From Octopus sinensis (taxonomy: Eukaryota): a stretch of DNA of 32,497 nucleotides. Position numbers and translations under genes: made by a program. Where the stretch lies: NCBI RefSeq assembly GCF_006345805.1, contig NW_021832819.1:1-32497 (forward strand), written 5' to 3'. Numbering within the stretch: the first letter of the stretch is position 1; each line of letters starts with the position of its first letter. The notes beneath the pieces were generated by a model. The model had not been told where the DNA came from and searched no databases. It saw only the letters and a program-made list of their open reading frames with translations. Shown one piece after another: positions 1 through 10,937 of this stretch.

Positions 1-835
1 ACAGAGGATTTGGAAAGGGTTGGATGAGACTAATGGTGATTACGAAGGCTTGGCAGCTCGGAAAACTCCCTCTGATCGTTCTGAAAAGAAATCCTGAATT
101 TGTTGGTAAGATCCAGGCCATTATTGACAACCATCCCCCCAAGTCAATCCAGTCCATCACCAGAGATATGGGAGTGTCTGAGTTTCTTATCAGGTAGGTA
201 GTGCATGAAGACATTTGTTATTCCACATACAAGATGAGAAAGGGCCAAGTTTTATCCCAAGCCATCAAGGACATGAGGAAAGACCATGCTACGAAGCTTT
301 TGAACAAATTCAAGCATCCCCTCCAACTGAACATGCTGTGGTTTGTCTCAGACGAGAAAAATCTCTTCTAGGATCAGATGATGAACACACAGAACAACCG
401 TTGGCTTGGCGTGTCCCCAAAACATGTACCGCGAGTGATAAAAATGAAACATCCAGTCAACATCATGTTGTTTGGAGTGAACAATAGTGATGGCGACGTT
501 ATGCATCTTCGCATACGGCCTCAAACACAAAACGGAGGCCTACATCAAGTGGCTGGAGGAGGTAGTGCTGCCTGGGTCAAGAGGGTGGCTACTGGAAGAC
601 CCTATGTCTGGCAACAGGACTCTGCACCATACTACACAAGCAGGGAAACACAGTCATAGCTCTCAGGCAATTTCTGCGACCACATCACCCCTAACATCTA
701 GCCATCTAACTCACCAGACTGCAACCCCCCTTGATTATTATGTATGGGACGCAGTTGAGCGAGAGACCAACAAAACTCCTTGTAACACCAAAGATGAACT
801 GAAGGCAAGGATTATGGCAGCATTCACCAAGGTTT
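1..835 (+). pseudogene. Decayed Tc1/mariner transposase, DD37D (maT-like), starting before the window edge and cut off at its 3' end
   Basis: Fragments across frames: SDEKN (D at 351), HPVNIMLFGV..SDGDVM, YVWQQDSAP (D at 618), SPDCNPLDYYVW (D at 733). There are 37 residues between the 2nd and 3rd D after correcting a +1 slip in a C6 run; in-frame stops are present. Confidence 0.85.
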
Positions 836-1400
836 TGTGGAATGTATAGGACATTTATAAAGAGAAAGGTAGTCTTACAGCTGTTTCTGGGATATTAGGG
901 ATATCTCCTCATCAGAGACAATGTGGGAGAGTTAACTAGAAGGAAAGAGTAGAGTTCAAAATCAGGAGTTATTTTGGAAAAGGATGGATATAGGAAGTGT
1001 AAAGGGAAATAAGAGAATAAAAGTAAAAGTAAAAATATATGAAGGATGTTATAGTTGCGGTTCCATTATCCAAGGAAAGTGATGTGTAGAATGGAATGGG
1101 TAGAAATGCTACTTGTCCACGGTATGTAGATTCCGATAGGAGTTATTATTTTGCTATTACGAGTGGATTGTGAACGAGTGGATGTGCTGTTCATATATAG
1201 TTATGGCATATTCTGTTAAGAACATAGTAGAGTACAGTATAAAGCCCGTCCACCCGCAGATTTATCCTGCTTTATCCAGTAGTATTGCTTTGCACTTGGG
1301 CATTTGTCATATGTGAATAGTTGAATTCAGGCCACGACAGACAAAGAGGATTTTCTTTGAACTTACGGAGATAAATTTTACATATCGCCTGAGGAAACAC
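836..1400 (-). mobile_element. Probable degenerate Penelope-like element 3' region ending in a hammerhead-bearing terminal repeat
   Basis: Hammerhead motif at 872-919 on the minus strand. Weak upstream translation (FLPIPFY) resembles PLE endonuclease C-termini. Abuts and truncates the transposase. Confidence 0.45.
872..919 (-). ncRNA. Minimal type I hammerhead ribozyme (imperfect stem II)
   Basis: Minus strand: GTCT CTGATGA GGAGATAT-CCCTA-ATATCCCA GAAA CAGCTG TA^AGAC. Stem I is GTCT/AGAC; stem III ACAGCTGT is palindromic; cleavage triplet GUA. Confidence 0.75.
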
Positions 1401-1687
1401 AACTAAATCTCATAATGCAGGGAAACAGTTGCATGATCAAGGACCTGCACACCTGGAGAACTACGTCGCGTGGAAACAATTGTAGTGATTTAAAAAATAA
1501 ATATCCAACCATATCCCTTACTGTTGATTCCAATTTTTTGTATTATCTATTCACACACGACAGAAGCCCAAATGCAAACCTGGAAGTACCTATAATTCTA
1601 CTACTGGATAGCACAGGGAGAAATCTGAAGGTGGACAAGCTTTATACGGTATTCTACTACGTTCTTAACAGAATATACCATAACTAA

Positions 1688-1784
1688 AGGAGTGGCTGTG
1701 TGATAAGAAGCTAGGTTCCCAATACATGGTTCCAGGTTCAGTCCCACTGGATTTGGTAGACGGAAACTCAAAGAAGCCCATCGC
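1688..1784 (+). mobile_element. tRNA-derived SINE family A, internally deleted copy
   Basis: aggagtggctgtgtg...ggttcagtcccact...ggatttggtagacggaaact matches the full copies at 21878 and 22490. Confidence 0.8.
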
Positions 1785-1798
1785 ATATACATATATAT

Positions 1799-1953
1799 GA
1801 TGGGCTTCTTTCAGTTTCCGTCTACTAAATCCATTCACAAGACTTTGATTGGTCAAAGGCTATAGTAGAAGTCACTTGCCCGAGGTGCCACTCAGTGGGA
1901 TTGAACCTGGAACCATGTGATTGGGAGCCAAGCTTCTTACCACACAGCCATCC
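1799..1953 (-). mobile_element. SINE family A
   Basis: Reverse complement of the family A head/body. Confidence 0.85.
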
Positions 1954-1970
1954 ATACATACATATATATA

Positions 1971-1971
<1 letters not shown>

Positions 1972-2010
<39 letters not shown>
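1972..2010. repeat. (GT)n microsatellite
   Basis: Direct inspection. Confidence 0.95.
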
Positions 2011-2014
<4 letters not shown>

Positions 2015-2375
2015 CATATTCACTCGCTCCAGGTGCTTTCCTGAACTGAAGAAGCAGCATATTCGGATGCTGCAATCTTGAGTGAAAATTTGTTTTACTA
2101 CACGCACCTCCACATTGTTGAACTGGAGACCACCACCACCATACACGTCCGCACACGTTCGCTCACAAAACTGATGCTATCCGACGATGGCCAACATCAA
2201 TCCATGGGAAATAACTCTTGTTTACCTCCTGGAAAATGGCAATATTTTTCTTTCGCTGTTGTTTTCCGGATTTTTTCACGAGTACCGAGCCTTGCCAGCG
2301 ATTATACATCACCAGCATAGAGAGATGATATCTACTTCCGGCCAGCATATCTGAAGAGCTATCGCTTCAGGAAAG

Positions 2376-2463
2376 CGTGGTGGTGGTGGTGGTGGTGGTG
2401 GTGGTGGTAGTGGTGGTGGTAGTGGTGGTGGTGGTGGTAGTGGTGGTGGTGGTGGTGGTGGTA

Positions 2464-2515
<52 letters not shown>

Positions 2516-3265
2516 TGGTGGTGGTGGTGGTGGTGGTGGTAGTGGCTGTGGTTGTAGTGGTGGTGGTGGTGGCTGTGGTTATAGTGGCGGTGGCGGTGGT
2601 AGTAGTGTCGGCGGCGGCGGTTGTGGTGGTGGTGGTGGTGGTGGCGGCGGCGGTTATGGTGGTCGTGGTGATGTTTGTCGTGGTAGTGGTGGAGGTGACG
2701 GCGTTAGTGCTGGTGGTGGCAATGGTGGTGGTGTGGTGGTGGTGGTGGTGTGGTGGCGATGTTTGTCGTGGTGGCGACGATGACGGTGGTGGTACGTCAG
2801 GTGACAATGTTATTATATACATCCGTTTTTCGCAGTATTGTTGTGTAAAAACCACCAAGATCACCGCCATCGACAACAACAACGACAACAACCACGACGC
2901 CATTATCACCACCACCACTACCACCACCACTACCACCACCAGCACACCACCAGCATCACCATCACCACCACCACTACTAGTACTACTACCGACATCCACA
3001 CAATCATAATCATCATCACCATCATCGCCACCGCTAATAACACCACTACCACCACAACCCCTACAACCATCATCACCAGCGCTACTATCACCAACACCAT
3101 CACCATCATCGCCATCACCACCGCCACCAACACTATCGCGGTCGTTAAACCCCAAAAGAACAACCGTTACTACCGCCATCACCAATGACAGCAACCTCCA
3201 CCACCACCACCACCACAACAACACAACAACAACAACAACAACAACAAACACCATTCTCAAAATGG
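2376..3265. repeat. Compound trinucleotide low-complexity tract: (GGT/GGC)n followed by (ACC/ATC/AAC)n
   Basis: Direct inspection; explains the poly-V/T/W ORFs. Confidence 0.95.
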
Positions 3266-3344
3266 TTTTCATAGTTGACACTTTAGAGTACTCGACACTT
3301 TCTAAATCCGGTTGTTGTAGTCATCCCACTTATTAACCATCAAA

Positions 3345-3460
3345 GTCATCATTACCATCATCACCACCACCATCATCATCATCATCATCATCATCACCAT
3401 CGTCGTCATCATCATCGCCATCGTCATCATCATCATCATCATCATCATCGCCATCATCAC

Positions 3461-3506
<46 letters not shown>

Positions 3507-3733
3507 TCATCATCGTCATCATCATCATCATCATCATCATCATCGTCATCGTCATCATCATCGTCATCGTCATCACTATCGTTACTGTCGTTGTTGTAGT
3601 CGTCGTCACCATCATTATCGTCATCATCATCACAACCACCACCGCCAGCACCACCATCGTTGTCGTCGCCATCATCATCGTCATCGTTGTCATCGTATTC
3701 ATCCTTGTCATCGTGGTCATCATCGTCATCATT

Positions 3734-3790
<57 letters not shown>

Positions 3791-3858
3791 GTCATCATCA
3801 TCATCATCATCGTCTTCGTTGTCATCAGCTGCAGTAGCAGCAGCATCACCATCATCAC
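3345..3858. repeat. (ATC)n/(GTC)n microsatellite
   Basis: Direct inspection; explains the poly-M/S ORFs. Confidence 0.95.
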
Positions 3859-3860
3859 CT

Positions 3861-4116
3861 GGACATTACAGTCACGAGTCCTATGACCCCTAAGGCCGTT
3901 TACCCAGTTTCCATGGCATATAAGTCAACGAGATCAAATCCCCCCTGAATGAGATGCCAGTCCATCACACGCTCACTCCCATTTTGCAGCTGAGCGGACT
4001 GGACCAACGTGAAATGAAATGTATTTTGTTCAAGAACACAATGCGCTATTTGGTTCTGGAATCGAAACCACGGTCTTGTGACGGTGAACGCAACAACTTA
4101 ACTACGAGGCCGCGCA
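3861..4116 (-). mobile_element. Diverged tRNA-headed SINE with CORE-like central domain (family C-related)
   Basis: Minus strand has a B-box-like tttcgattcc, then gtgttcttgaacaaaatacatttcatttcacgttggtccagtccgctcagctg, homologous to 17305-17621. Confidence 0.65.
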
Positions 4117-5344
4117 CACAACTCTTTCACACACAACTCCAATCCAAAACATCTTCACGAGAAATTTTGTTTCTACGTCATTCCTATGCCATTACATCAG
4201 GTTACGTTCTAATTGAAATTTTTAAAAAAACTGAGAATTTTAACCAATTGATTTCGATATTCGTTAAAAGCTATCGTTGCATTCGATTACTTTTTCCTGT
4301 CTGCAAAGAACACACCACTTCAAAAAGAGAGTTCCAATAGGAAAATAGACCACGTGGTTAAATTAAATTGCTCTCCTTGCTGCCAGAAACAAAAAAACGA
4401 AAACTTAGAGTATTAATCAATTGATTTCAGTATTCGTTAAAGCTATAGTCGGGGTTCGACTACTTTTGCCTATCTGGTGAGAAGATCCGAGAAGATCATT
4501 GCTTTATGATAAATCTAAAAATGTTCAATCTAGGGTTGACCGTGCTTGCGAGGATATGCAAAGTCGACTGTGGGTAATTATAACTGGAACGCCTACACAG
4601 AATATATGAGAGTCGAGTAAATTATGAACAAAATTAAGATTTTGTTGTATAATCACATTTATAACCTCTGTGAAAATAAACCTTGTTGTTTAATCGTGGT
4701 GTCTGTTTTACGCATCGTGGCTAAATGTGTATTTATATATGCTTCTAAATATATGCATAAACTTATTGTTCCATTTTGTACTAAATTCTAGAAATGTTCC
4801 ATCATTATGAAAATTTACCATTTACTCGGATTTAATTAAAATATATGGAAAAATCCAGTTGATATATATAACTTGCATCAACAATATCTATAAAGCTGAA
4901 ATGCGAAAAGTTTATTTGTCTCCTTTTGCGATTGGAACGGGTTAAGGGGCACTAGATGGGATCGGATTGGCTCCAAAATTTACAGAGACATGTAAATAGA
5001 GGCGAGGAAGTGAGTGGATTAGGTTAGAAACCTCTATCACAAAAGCTGTAGTTACTAGGGCAACAAAACCCACACTTTGACAAGTGTTTGTCGTTTCTCC
5101 CTTTCGGATATCAGCCTCTCTTCCTCGATCTCTCTCTTTACTCCCTTCCCTCCACGTTCTCTCTGTCACTCTTTCTCATACCACCACTCTCACAGTACGT
5201 CTGTCTGTATCTATAGAGAGAAAGCATTGACAGCCGCAAAAGTTTAAATATTCCTGCCACAGGTCTTTTAGAACGGTGAATTATTATCGCCCACCACCAC
5301 CGCACAATCATAAAAGATATTATTAAGCAGATATATTGTGTTAA

Positions 5345-5350
5345 TTTATA

Positions 5351-5383
<33 letters not shown>

Positions 5384-5545
5384 GTCATGTATATACATAT
5401 ATATATATGTGTGTGTTTGTGTGTGTGTATATATAAAGTGTATATCTTTATATATATATGTATATATAAATTTTCCTCGACTGCTATATATATATATATG
5501 TGTGTGTGTGTGTATAGACATATATATATATTGTGTGCATATGTG
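5345..5545. repeat. (TA)n/(TG)n microsatellite
   Basis: Direct inspection. Confidence 0.95.
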
Positions 5546-6052
5546 GTCGAATTGCGATGAAAATATGCACCTATGTTAAAAGTGTTAGCGAGTTTGTATG
5601 GCAACTTTGAGTTTGGTCAATTGAAATGCATGGCCTCTAGGGCAAAATTCCACATCTTTTAAAATGCGGCCCGCGTAGACCAGAATGAAATCGGGTTATA
5701 ATAATGGAACAAGTACAACAATAATAAACTATTTTAATCCCGAGCAAGGCCCGGTATATATGTCTCATCTATAAAATGAAGGAGGCGAACGTTGATACAA
5801 ATTGGATTTTTATGTAAAAAGGGGTCTAAATGGAGCTGGAAGGGGATTGAAATTTACAGGAGGAGGTAACTTGAGGTGATAAATTGATTGGGAGATGTTT
5901 TGGGGCGCTACAGTGGTTACTTTGGTGTGAAAACGGGGTTTTATTGATTTGGGGGGGACACTTGGGCGTCTAGATTGCAAACCTTTTGCTCGATTTCAAT
6001 TTAATTTTCAACATGGTAAAGTGGAAGCGGATTTGCAATTTAAGCATGGAAA

Positions 6053-6447
6053 TCTTTATATATAAAAGTGAGGTTGTGTGCTGTCTGTCTCCTACGATTT
6101 AGATTCCTAACTACTTCCACATTTTGCGGTGCAGTTTAACCAAAACCGGGTATCTTATAGTCGTGATTCATATCGAGCCCTTCTGGGTATTAGCGCGCGT
6201 CTACAATGAGTCTACGATTAAAAAAAATTACCATCAATTTTCCCATTTTTAATGCATTTTTGGCATATATATAAGGGAAGTAACTCTCTAAAAATTTATT
6301 ATTAAATCTCAGAACGTAAAAAGCTACAGTAACACCCCCCCCTTTGTGGTTGACCACCTTGAGATGGCTATTATACTTTACATCTCTAAAAATGCTTATA
6401 TAGTTATTTCCCTTACAAACCCGAGCAACGCCGGGCGATACTGCTAG
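6053..6447 (+). mobile_element. Non-autonomous Helitron-like element
   Basis: 5' A|TCTTTATATATAAA; 3' subterminal hairpin cccgagcaacgccggg followed by CTAG|T; homologous to 8369-8882. Confidence 0.75.
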
Positions 6448-6510
6448 TCTTTTTATAAATTTAAGCACGGAAATTTTTTATAAATGGGAGAGAGATAAAT
6501 AAAGATAGAG

Positions 6511-7290
6511 AGTTAGTTAGTTAGTTAGTTAGTTAGTTAATTTGGCTCAAAAGCAAATAGCAAGGCCATGTAGGGGGACATGGAGTTAAGTACAGGATGG
6601 TGTTCATGTAAAGAGTTCAGGCCACTTGAGGTCCAGGAGGCTTTGAACAAAGCGGTTCGTCGGCATCTTTACCATCTCGTCTGGCAGCTTGTTCCACGGA
6701 TCCGCACCCGGACGGAGAAAGCTCCTCTCCTTCGATTGAGATGAAATCGTCGCAGGTAGAGCTTTTCGGAATGACCCCGCAGCCGACGCTCTGGAGCAGG
6801 AGTGAAGAACAGCTCTTTCGAGAGGTTACACTTTCCGCTTATGATGTTGTGGGCGAGAATGAGATCACTACGGCGGCGGGGCGTTTTTCAAGAGAATAAA
6901 GGTCGAGCGTCCTCAGCCTTTCTTCGTAGGACAAATTTTTGAGACCATGAACCATGCGGTAGCCAGTTTCTGGACTCTTTCGAGATGCTGTATGTCTTTG
7001 AGGAGATAAGGAGAAGAGGCTTGAATCCCATACTCCAATATGGGTCCACCAGCGTGACATAGAGTGGTAGGAATATGCTGCTGTGAGCATTCCGAATGAC
7101 CGTCGAATCAAGAACAGAATTCCGCGTGCTTTGTTGGCAGCATGGACGCACTGGGCCGAAAGCGAAAAGGAGGAATCCACCAAGATACCTAGGTCCTTTA
7201 TCTGATCGGTCCTCTCCAGCAGCAGACGACCCGGCTCGAAATCAAGTTGAGTTGCAGGAGTAGAGCCGACAGGCAGAATCGAGGGAGAGT
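6511..7290 (-). mobile_element. 5'-truncated CR1-clade LINE (RT C-terminus plus 3' UTR, (CTAA)n tail)
   Basis: Translations QIKDLGILVDSSFSLSAQCVHAANKARGILFLIRRSF and MVHGLKNLSYEERLRTLDLYSLEKR are typical of CR1 ORF2; frameshifted. Confidence 0.88.
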
Positions 7291-7499
7291 CCGAGAAAAG
7301 GAAGAGTAAGAGAATGGGAAAGTGAGAGAGAAAGGAGAGAGAAACAAAGAGGGAGAATGTGGCGATAAGAAACAGAAAGGAAACAGCAGAAAGTAACAGC
7401 CACACCTTCACCCGCGCGTGGAGCGGGTCACCTGAAGCTAGTTTCTGTAAAATATAAATTGACAGGAAACCAAAGAAAATAAATCTAAACACATCCATA

Positions 7500-7519
7500 T
7501 ATATTCATATGTGTAATAT

Positions 7520-7590
<71 letters not shown>

Positions 7591-7640
7591 ATAAACACAT
7601 GCATTATATTCATATGTGTAATATATTATAAGTAATAATA
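7500..7640. repeat. (TA)n microsatellite
   Basis: Direct inspection. Confidence 0.95.
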
Positions 7641-7641
7641 T

Positions 7642-8030
7642 AGGGTGAAATTAATAATTTGGAATAATCATTAATTTCACCAAGTAGATCTCGGCATGTA
7701 AAAGCCCCATTCGAGGAAGTTTAAGTAATACTAAGTAATTAAGTGTTTAGCAACGATTTGCCTCACCACACACCGAATTTAGAAATAGCAGTCAAAGAGT
7801 TATAGCTATTCTTTCTTTCTACTAAGGGAGATCTCAGTAAAACCACAGCACTTGACAGGCAAACACAGACAGGCAAGAGAGAAAGAAATGACGACAATCG
7901 ATCATACAATATTAAGTCACCTACGGACGTACGTTTCGAAATAAGTTTAGGAAAGCATAAGATTTAGATAATTATGTCTTAACCAACTTTTTTTCTCATC
8001 AGCGTAGGACACTACAATTATGAATAATTG
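7642..8030 (-). mobile_element. Short non-coding hammerhead-bearing element (PLE terminal repeat or retrozyme-like) next to (TA)n
   Basis: Contains the hammerhead at 7920-8008. Its left end resembles 12510-12670 (gggtgaaattaat...aatttcaccaagta...gtaaaag). Confidence 0.5.
7920..8008 (-). ncRNA. Type I hammerhead ribozyme, canonical core
   Basis: Minus strand: CCTACG CTGATGA G...C GAAA CGTACG TC^CGTAGG. Perfect 6-bp stem I, G-C closed long stem II, palindromic stem III ACGTACGT, GUC cleavage triplet. Confidence 0.9.
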
Positions 8031-8194
8031 TATATTAAATTTCGAGGTACTAGAAGACATCATCTCAACTCAGTCATGCGTGCACACATCATCTCAACAC
8101 AGTCATGCGTGCACATATATATATATGTATATATGTATATATATACCCACAAAGAGAGGGAGAGAGAGAAATACATACACACATATATATTCTT

Positions 8195-8345
8195 TTATTC
8201 TTATACTTGTTTCAGTCATTTCACTGCGGCCATGCTAGAGCAGTGCTTTTAGTCGAGCAAATCGACTCCAGAAATTATTCTTTGTAAGCTACATACTAAT
8301 TCTATTGGCTTCTATTGGGACAAACGCAGATACACAAACATATAC
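8195..8345 (-). mobile_element. SINE family A 3' part
   Basis: tacttgtttcagtcatt...gcggccatgct...gagcaaatcgac matches the reverse complement of the 22490-22905 tail. Confidence 0.75.
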
Positions 8346-8368
8346 ATACTTATGAAGATAGATATATA

Positions 8369-8882
8369 TCTATATATATAAATCTGTAGTTGTGTGAGTG
8401 TCTGTCCCCTTCGATTTAGATTCCTAACTACTCCCACATTTTGCGGTGCAGTTTAACCAAATTCGGGTATCTTATAGTCGTGATTCATATCGAGCCCGTC
8501 TGAGTATTAGCGCGCGTCTACGATGAGTCTACGATTTTAAAAATATTTTAACATCATTTTTTATTCCATTTTAATGCATAAGTTTTCGTGTGTCGATGGC
8601 GGCGGAGTTGGTGTCCATGGCCACACCTGCACCTGTGTTGCTTCTCCCCCTTCTTCCCTCCCTCGTGAAGCTGTGTGGAAGGGAGCGTAAGGAAATCAAC
8701 GTCGTAAAGCGTTGTCAAGGAGATCAGCGTTCTTTTAGAACAACGACTTCATGGCTTGAAGACACCAAAACAGAAATGGCTAAGAAAGCCCGAATTGGCA
8801 TCTATAAGGGAAGTAACTCTCTAAAAATGCTTATATAGTTATTTCCCTTACAAACCCGAGCAACGCCGGACGATACTGCCAG
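8369..8882 (+). mobile_element. Non-autonomous Helitron-like element with extra internal segment
   Basis: 5' A|TCTATATATATAAA; 3' cccgagcaacgccgga...ctgCCAG|T; shares both arms with 6053-6447. Confidence 0.75.
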
Positions 8883-8883
8883 T

Positions 8884-8897
8884 AATATATATATATA

Positions 8898-8938
<41 letters not shown>

Positions 8939-9020
8939 GGATATATATATATGAATATATATGAATATATATATATATAATACATACTATATATATATAT
9001 ATATATATTATATATACATA
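8884..9020. repeat. (TA)n/(TG)n microsatellite
   Basis: Direct inspection. Confidence 0.95.
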
Positions 9021-9183
9021 TGACGGTTTTTTTTCAGTTCCGTCTACCAAATCCACTCACAAGGCTTTGGCCGGCCCGAGACTATAGTAGAAGACACTTG
9101 CACAATGTGTCATGCAGTGGGATTGAACACGGAACCATGTGGTTGGAGAGTAAGCTACTTACCACACATCCACTCCTGTGCCT
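9021..9183 (-). mobile_element. SINE family A
   Basis: Reverse complement of the family A head/body. Confidence 0.85.
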
Positions 9184-9194
9184 ATTTATAGATA

Positions 9195-9206
9195 ATTTAT
9201 ATATAT

Positions 9207-9273
<67 letters not shown>

Positions 9274-9325
9274 TATAGATAGATATAGATAGATAGATAG
9301 ATATAGATTGCATATATAAATATAC

Positions 9326-9381
<56 letters not shown>

Positions 9382-9465
9382 TCGTGACGCATTGAGATTT
9401 ATTCATTATATATATATAGGGAGAGAGAGAGAGAGAGAGGGGGTAGAGAGAGTGAGATATAGACA
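9195..9465. repeat. (GATA)n, (TA)n and (GA)n microsatellites
   Basis: Direct inspection. Confidence 0.95.
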
Positions 9466-9921
9466 CATATACACACAAGTATATTGGTCTTGCTTCAAAA
9501 TTTGAAACTAATATGAACGCAGGTATGGCTCTGTGATTCAAAATATATTTCCGCAATCATGCCGTTCCAAGCCGGGGCCCAATCCCTTAGTGCCACATCC
9601 TAAGTAAATGCCTTCCGTTACAGCCCCGGATTGACTTCTCCATTTTCAAAGGAATTTCCCAGACGGAAGCTATGGTGTGTGCATGCAAACCTTATCTGAC
9701 TTTTATCAAAATTCTAGCAGCAATTGATTGCATCCAAACCATCTGTTGATATGTGTTTCAGGAAGAGGCACGAACTATTTGTGTTAATGCAGGAAGAGAA
9801 ATAATATTTGACAACCGACGAATATTCTCAATTTTTTCCTTCATCTTATCTTCTGGCGCAGCTTTTCTTTGTAATACCCTAAAATATACTTTCAGTTGTT
9901 TATAATATTGTAGCTTTTGAA

Positions 9922-9947
9922 GTTGGTGTTGTTGTTGTTACTGCAGC

Positions 9948-9987
<40 letters not shown>

Positions 9988-10252
9988 GGTTGTTGTTGGT
10001 GGTGGTGGTGGTGGTGGTGGTGGTGGTGGTGATGGTGGTGGTGGTGGTGGTGACGGTGGTGGTGGTGGTGGTGGTGGTGGTGGTGATGGTGGTGGTGGTG
10101 GTTGTGGTGGTGTTGGTGGTGGTTGTGGTAGTGGTAGTGGTGGTGATGGTGGTGGTGGTGGTTGTGGTGGTGTTGGTGGTGGTTGTGGTGATGGTGGTGA
10201 TGGTGGTGGTGGTGGTGGTGATGGTGGTGGTGGTGGTGGTGGTGGTGGTGAT
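9922..10252. repeat. (GTT)n/(GGT)n microsatellite
   Basis: Direct inspection; explains the poly-L/G/V ORFs. Confidence 0.95.
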
Positions 10253-10469
10253 TTGTATTTGCTTTTGTTATGTTGAACTCAAGTTTCTTATTGTATTGTC
10301 ACTGTTTACGATCTTTGGTAATCCGTCGTAGGTAATTCATCGGTGTCGATGAAATAAATACCAGTTACGCACTGGGGTTGACGTGATCGAGTAGCCCCCT
10401 CCCCAAAACGTTCAGGCCATGTGCCTAAAGTAGATAGGATTATTATTGTTATTATTATTATTATTGTTG

Positions 10470-10514
<45 letters not shown>

Positions 10515-10592
10515 TATTATTATTATTATTATTATTATCATTATTATTATATATTATTATTTTATTATTATATTATTATTATTATTATTATT

Positions 10593-10891
10593 CAGTAGTA
10601 TATTTTTTTAGCGTGCTTTCACTTCACTACCGAGCGCAGCTCTGTGTGCCTTGGGTATGTGCTGTGATTTGTTGTGATGCTCTGATGGTTATTGTATGGA
10701 AAGTGTTCTGCGTAGGATGTGTGCTGTGCCTAGTAGTGCAATTTTCTGTATGTTATATGTGTTTGTAAGTCCTGGTGTCTTTGTTATGTATTTGCCTGAA
10801 TACTTTTTTATCATGCCTAATGCACCTACTATGATAGGAATTGTTTCTGTTTCTAGATTCCACATTCTGGTTACCTCTATTTCCAGGTCTT
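10593..10891 (-). mobile_element. R4/Dong-like LINE 3' fragment (subfamily 2) inside (TAA)n
   Basis: Minus translation KDLEIEVTRMWNLETETIPIIVGALGMIK...IQKIALLGTAHILRRTLSIQ* (RLE C-terminus); (ATT)n on both sides. Confidence 0.85.
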
Positions 10892-10937
10892 ATTATTATT
10901 ATTATAATTATCATCATCATCATTATTATTATTATTA

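Noticed and set aside
1389-1440. CTGAGGA...GAAACAGTTGCA hammerhead-like string
   Set aside because: U16.1 is replaced, stem II does not pair and stem I is out of register; at most a fossil.
2047-2090. CTGAAGA followed by a 7-bp GCAGCAT/ATGCTGC hairpin
   Set aside because: No adjacent GAAA and no stem I or III pairing.
2367-3893. Long ORFs (304 aa, 210 aa, poly-M/S/T/V)
   Set aside because: Translations of trinucleotide microsatellites with no domain signal.
6839-7498. 219-aa ORF as a host membrane protein
   Set aside because: Its C-terminal half is frameshifted CR1 RT and its N-terminal half is purine-rich low-complexity sequence.
9570-9636. CCGGGGC/GCCCCGG stem suggestive of an HDV-like ribozyme
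   Set aside because: The nested pseudoknot and catalytic C could not be assembled by eye.
9690-9880. Possible exon (minus VLQRKAAPEDKMKEKIENIRR...; plus EEARTICVNAGRE...)
   Set aside because: Stops in all frames before a convincing donor, and no recognisable homology.
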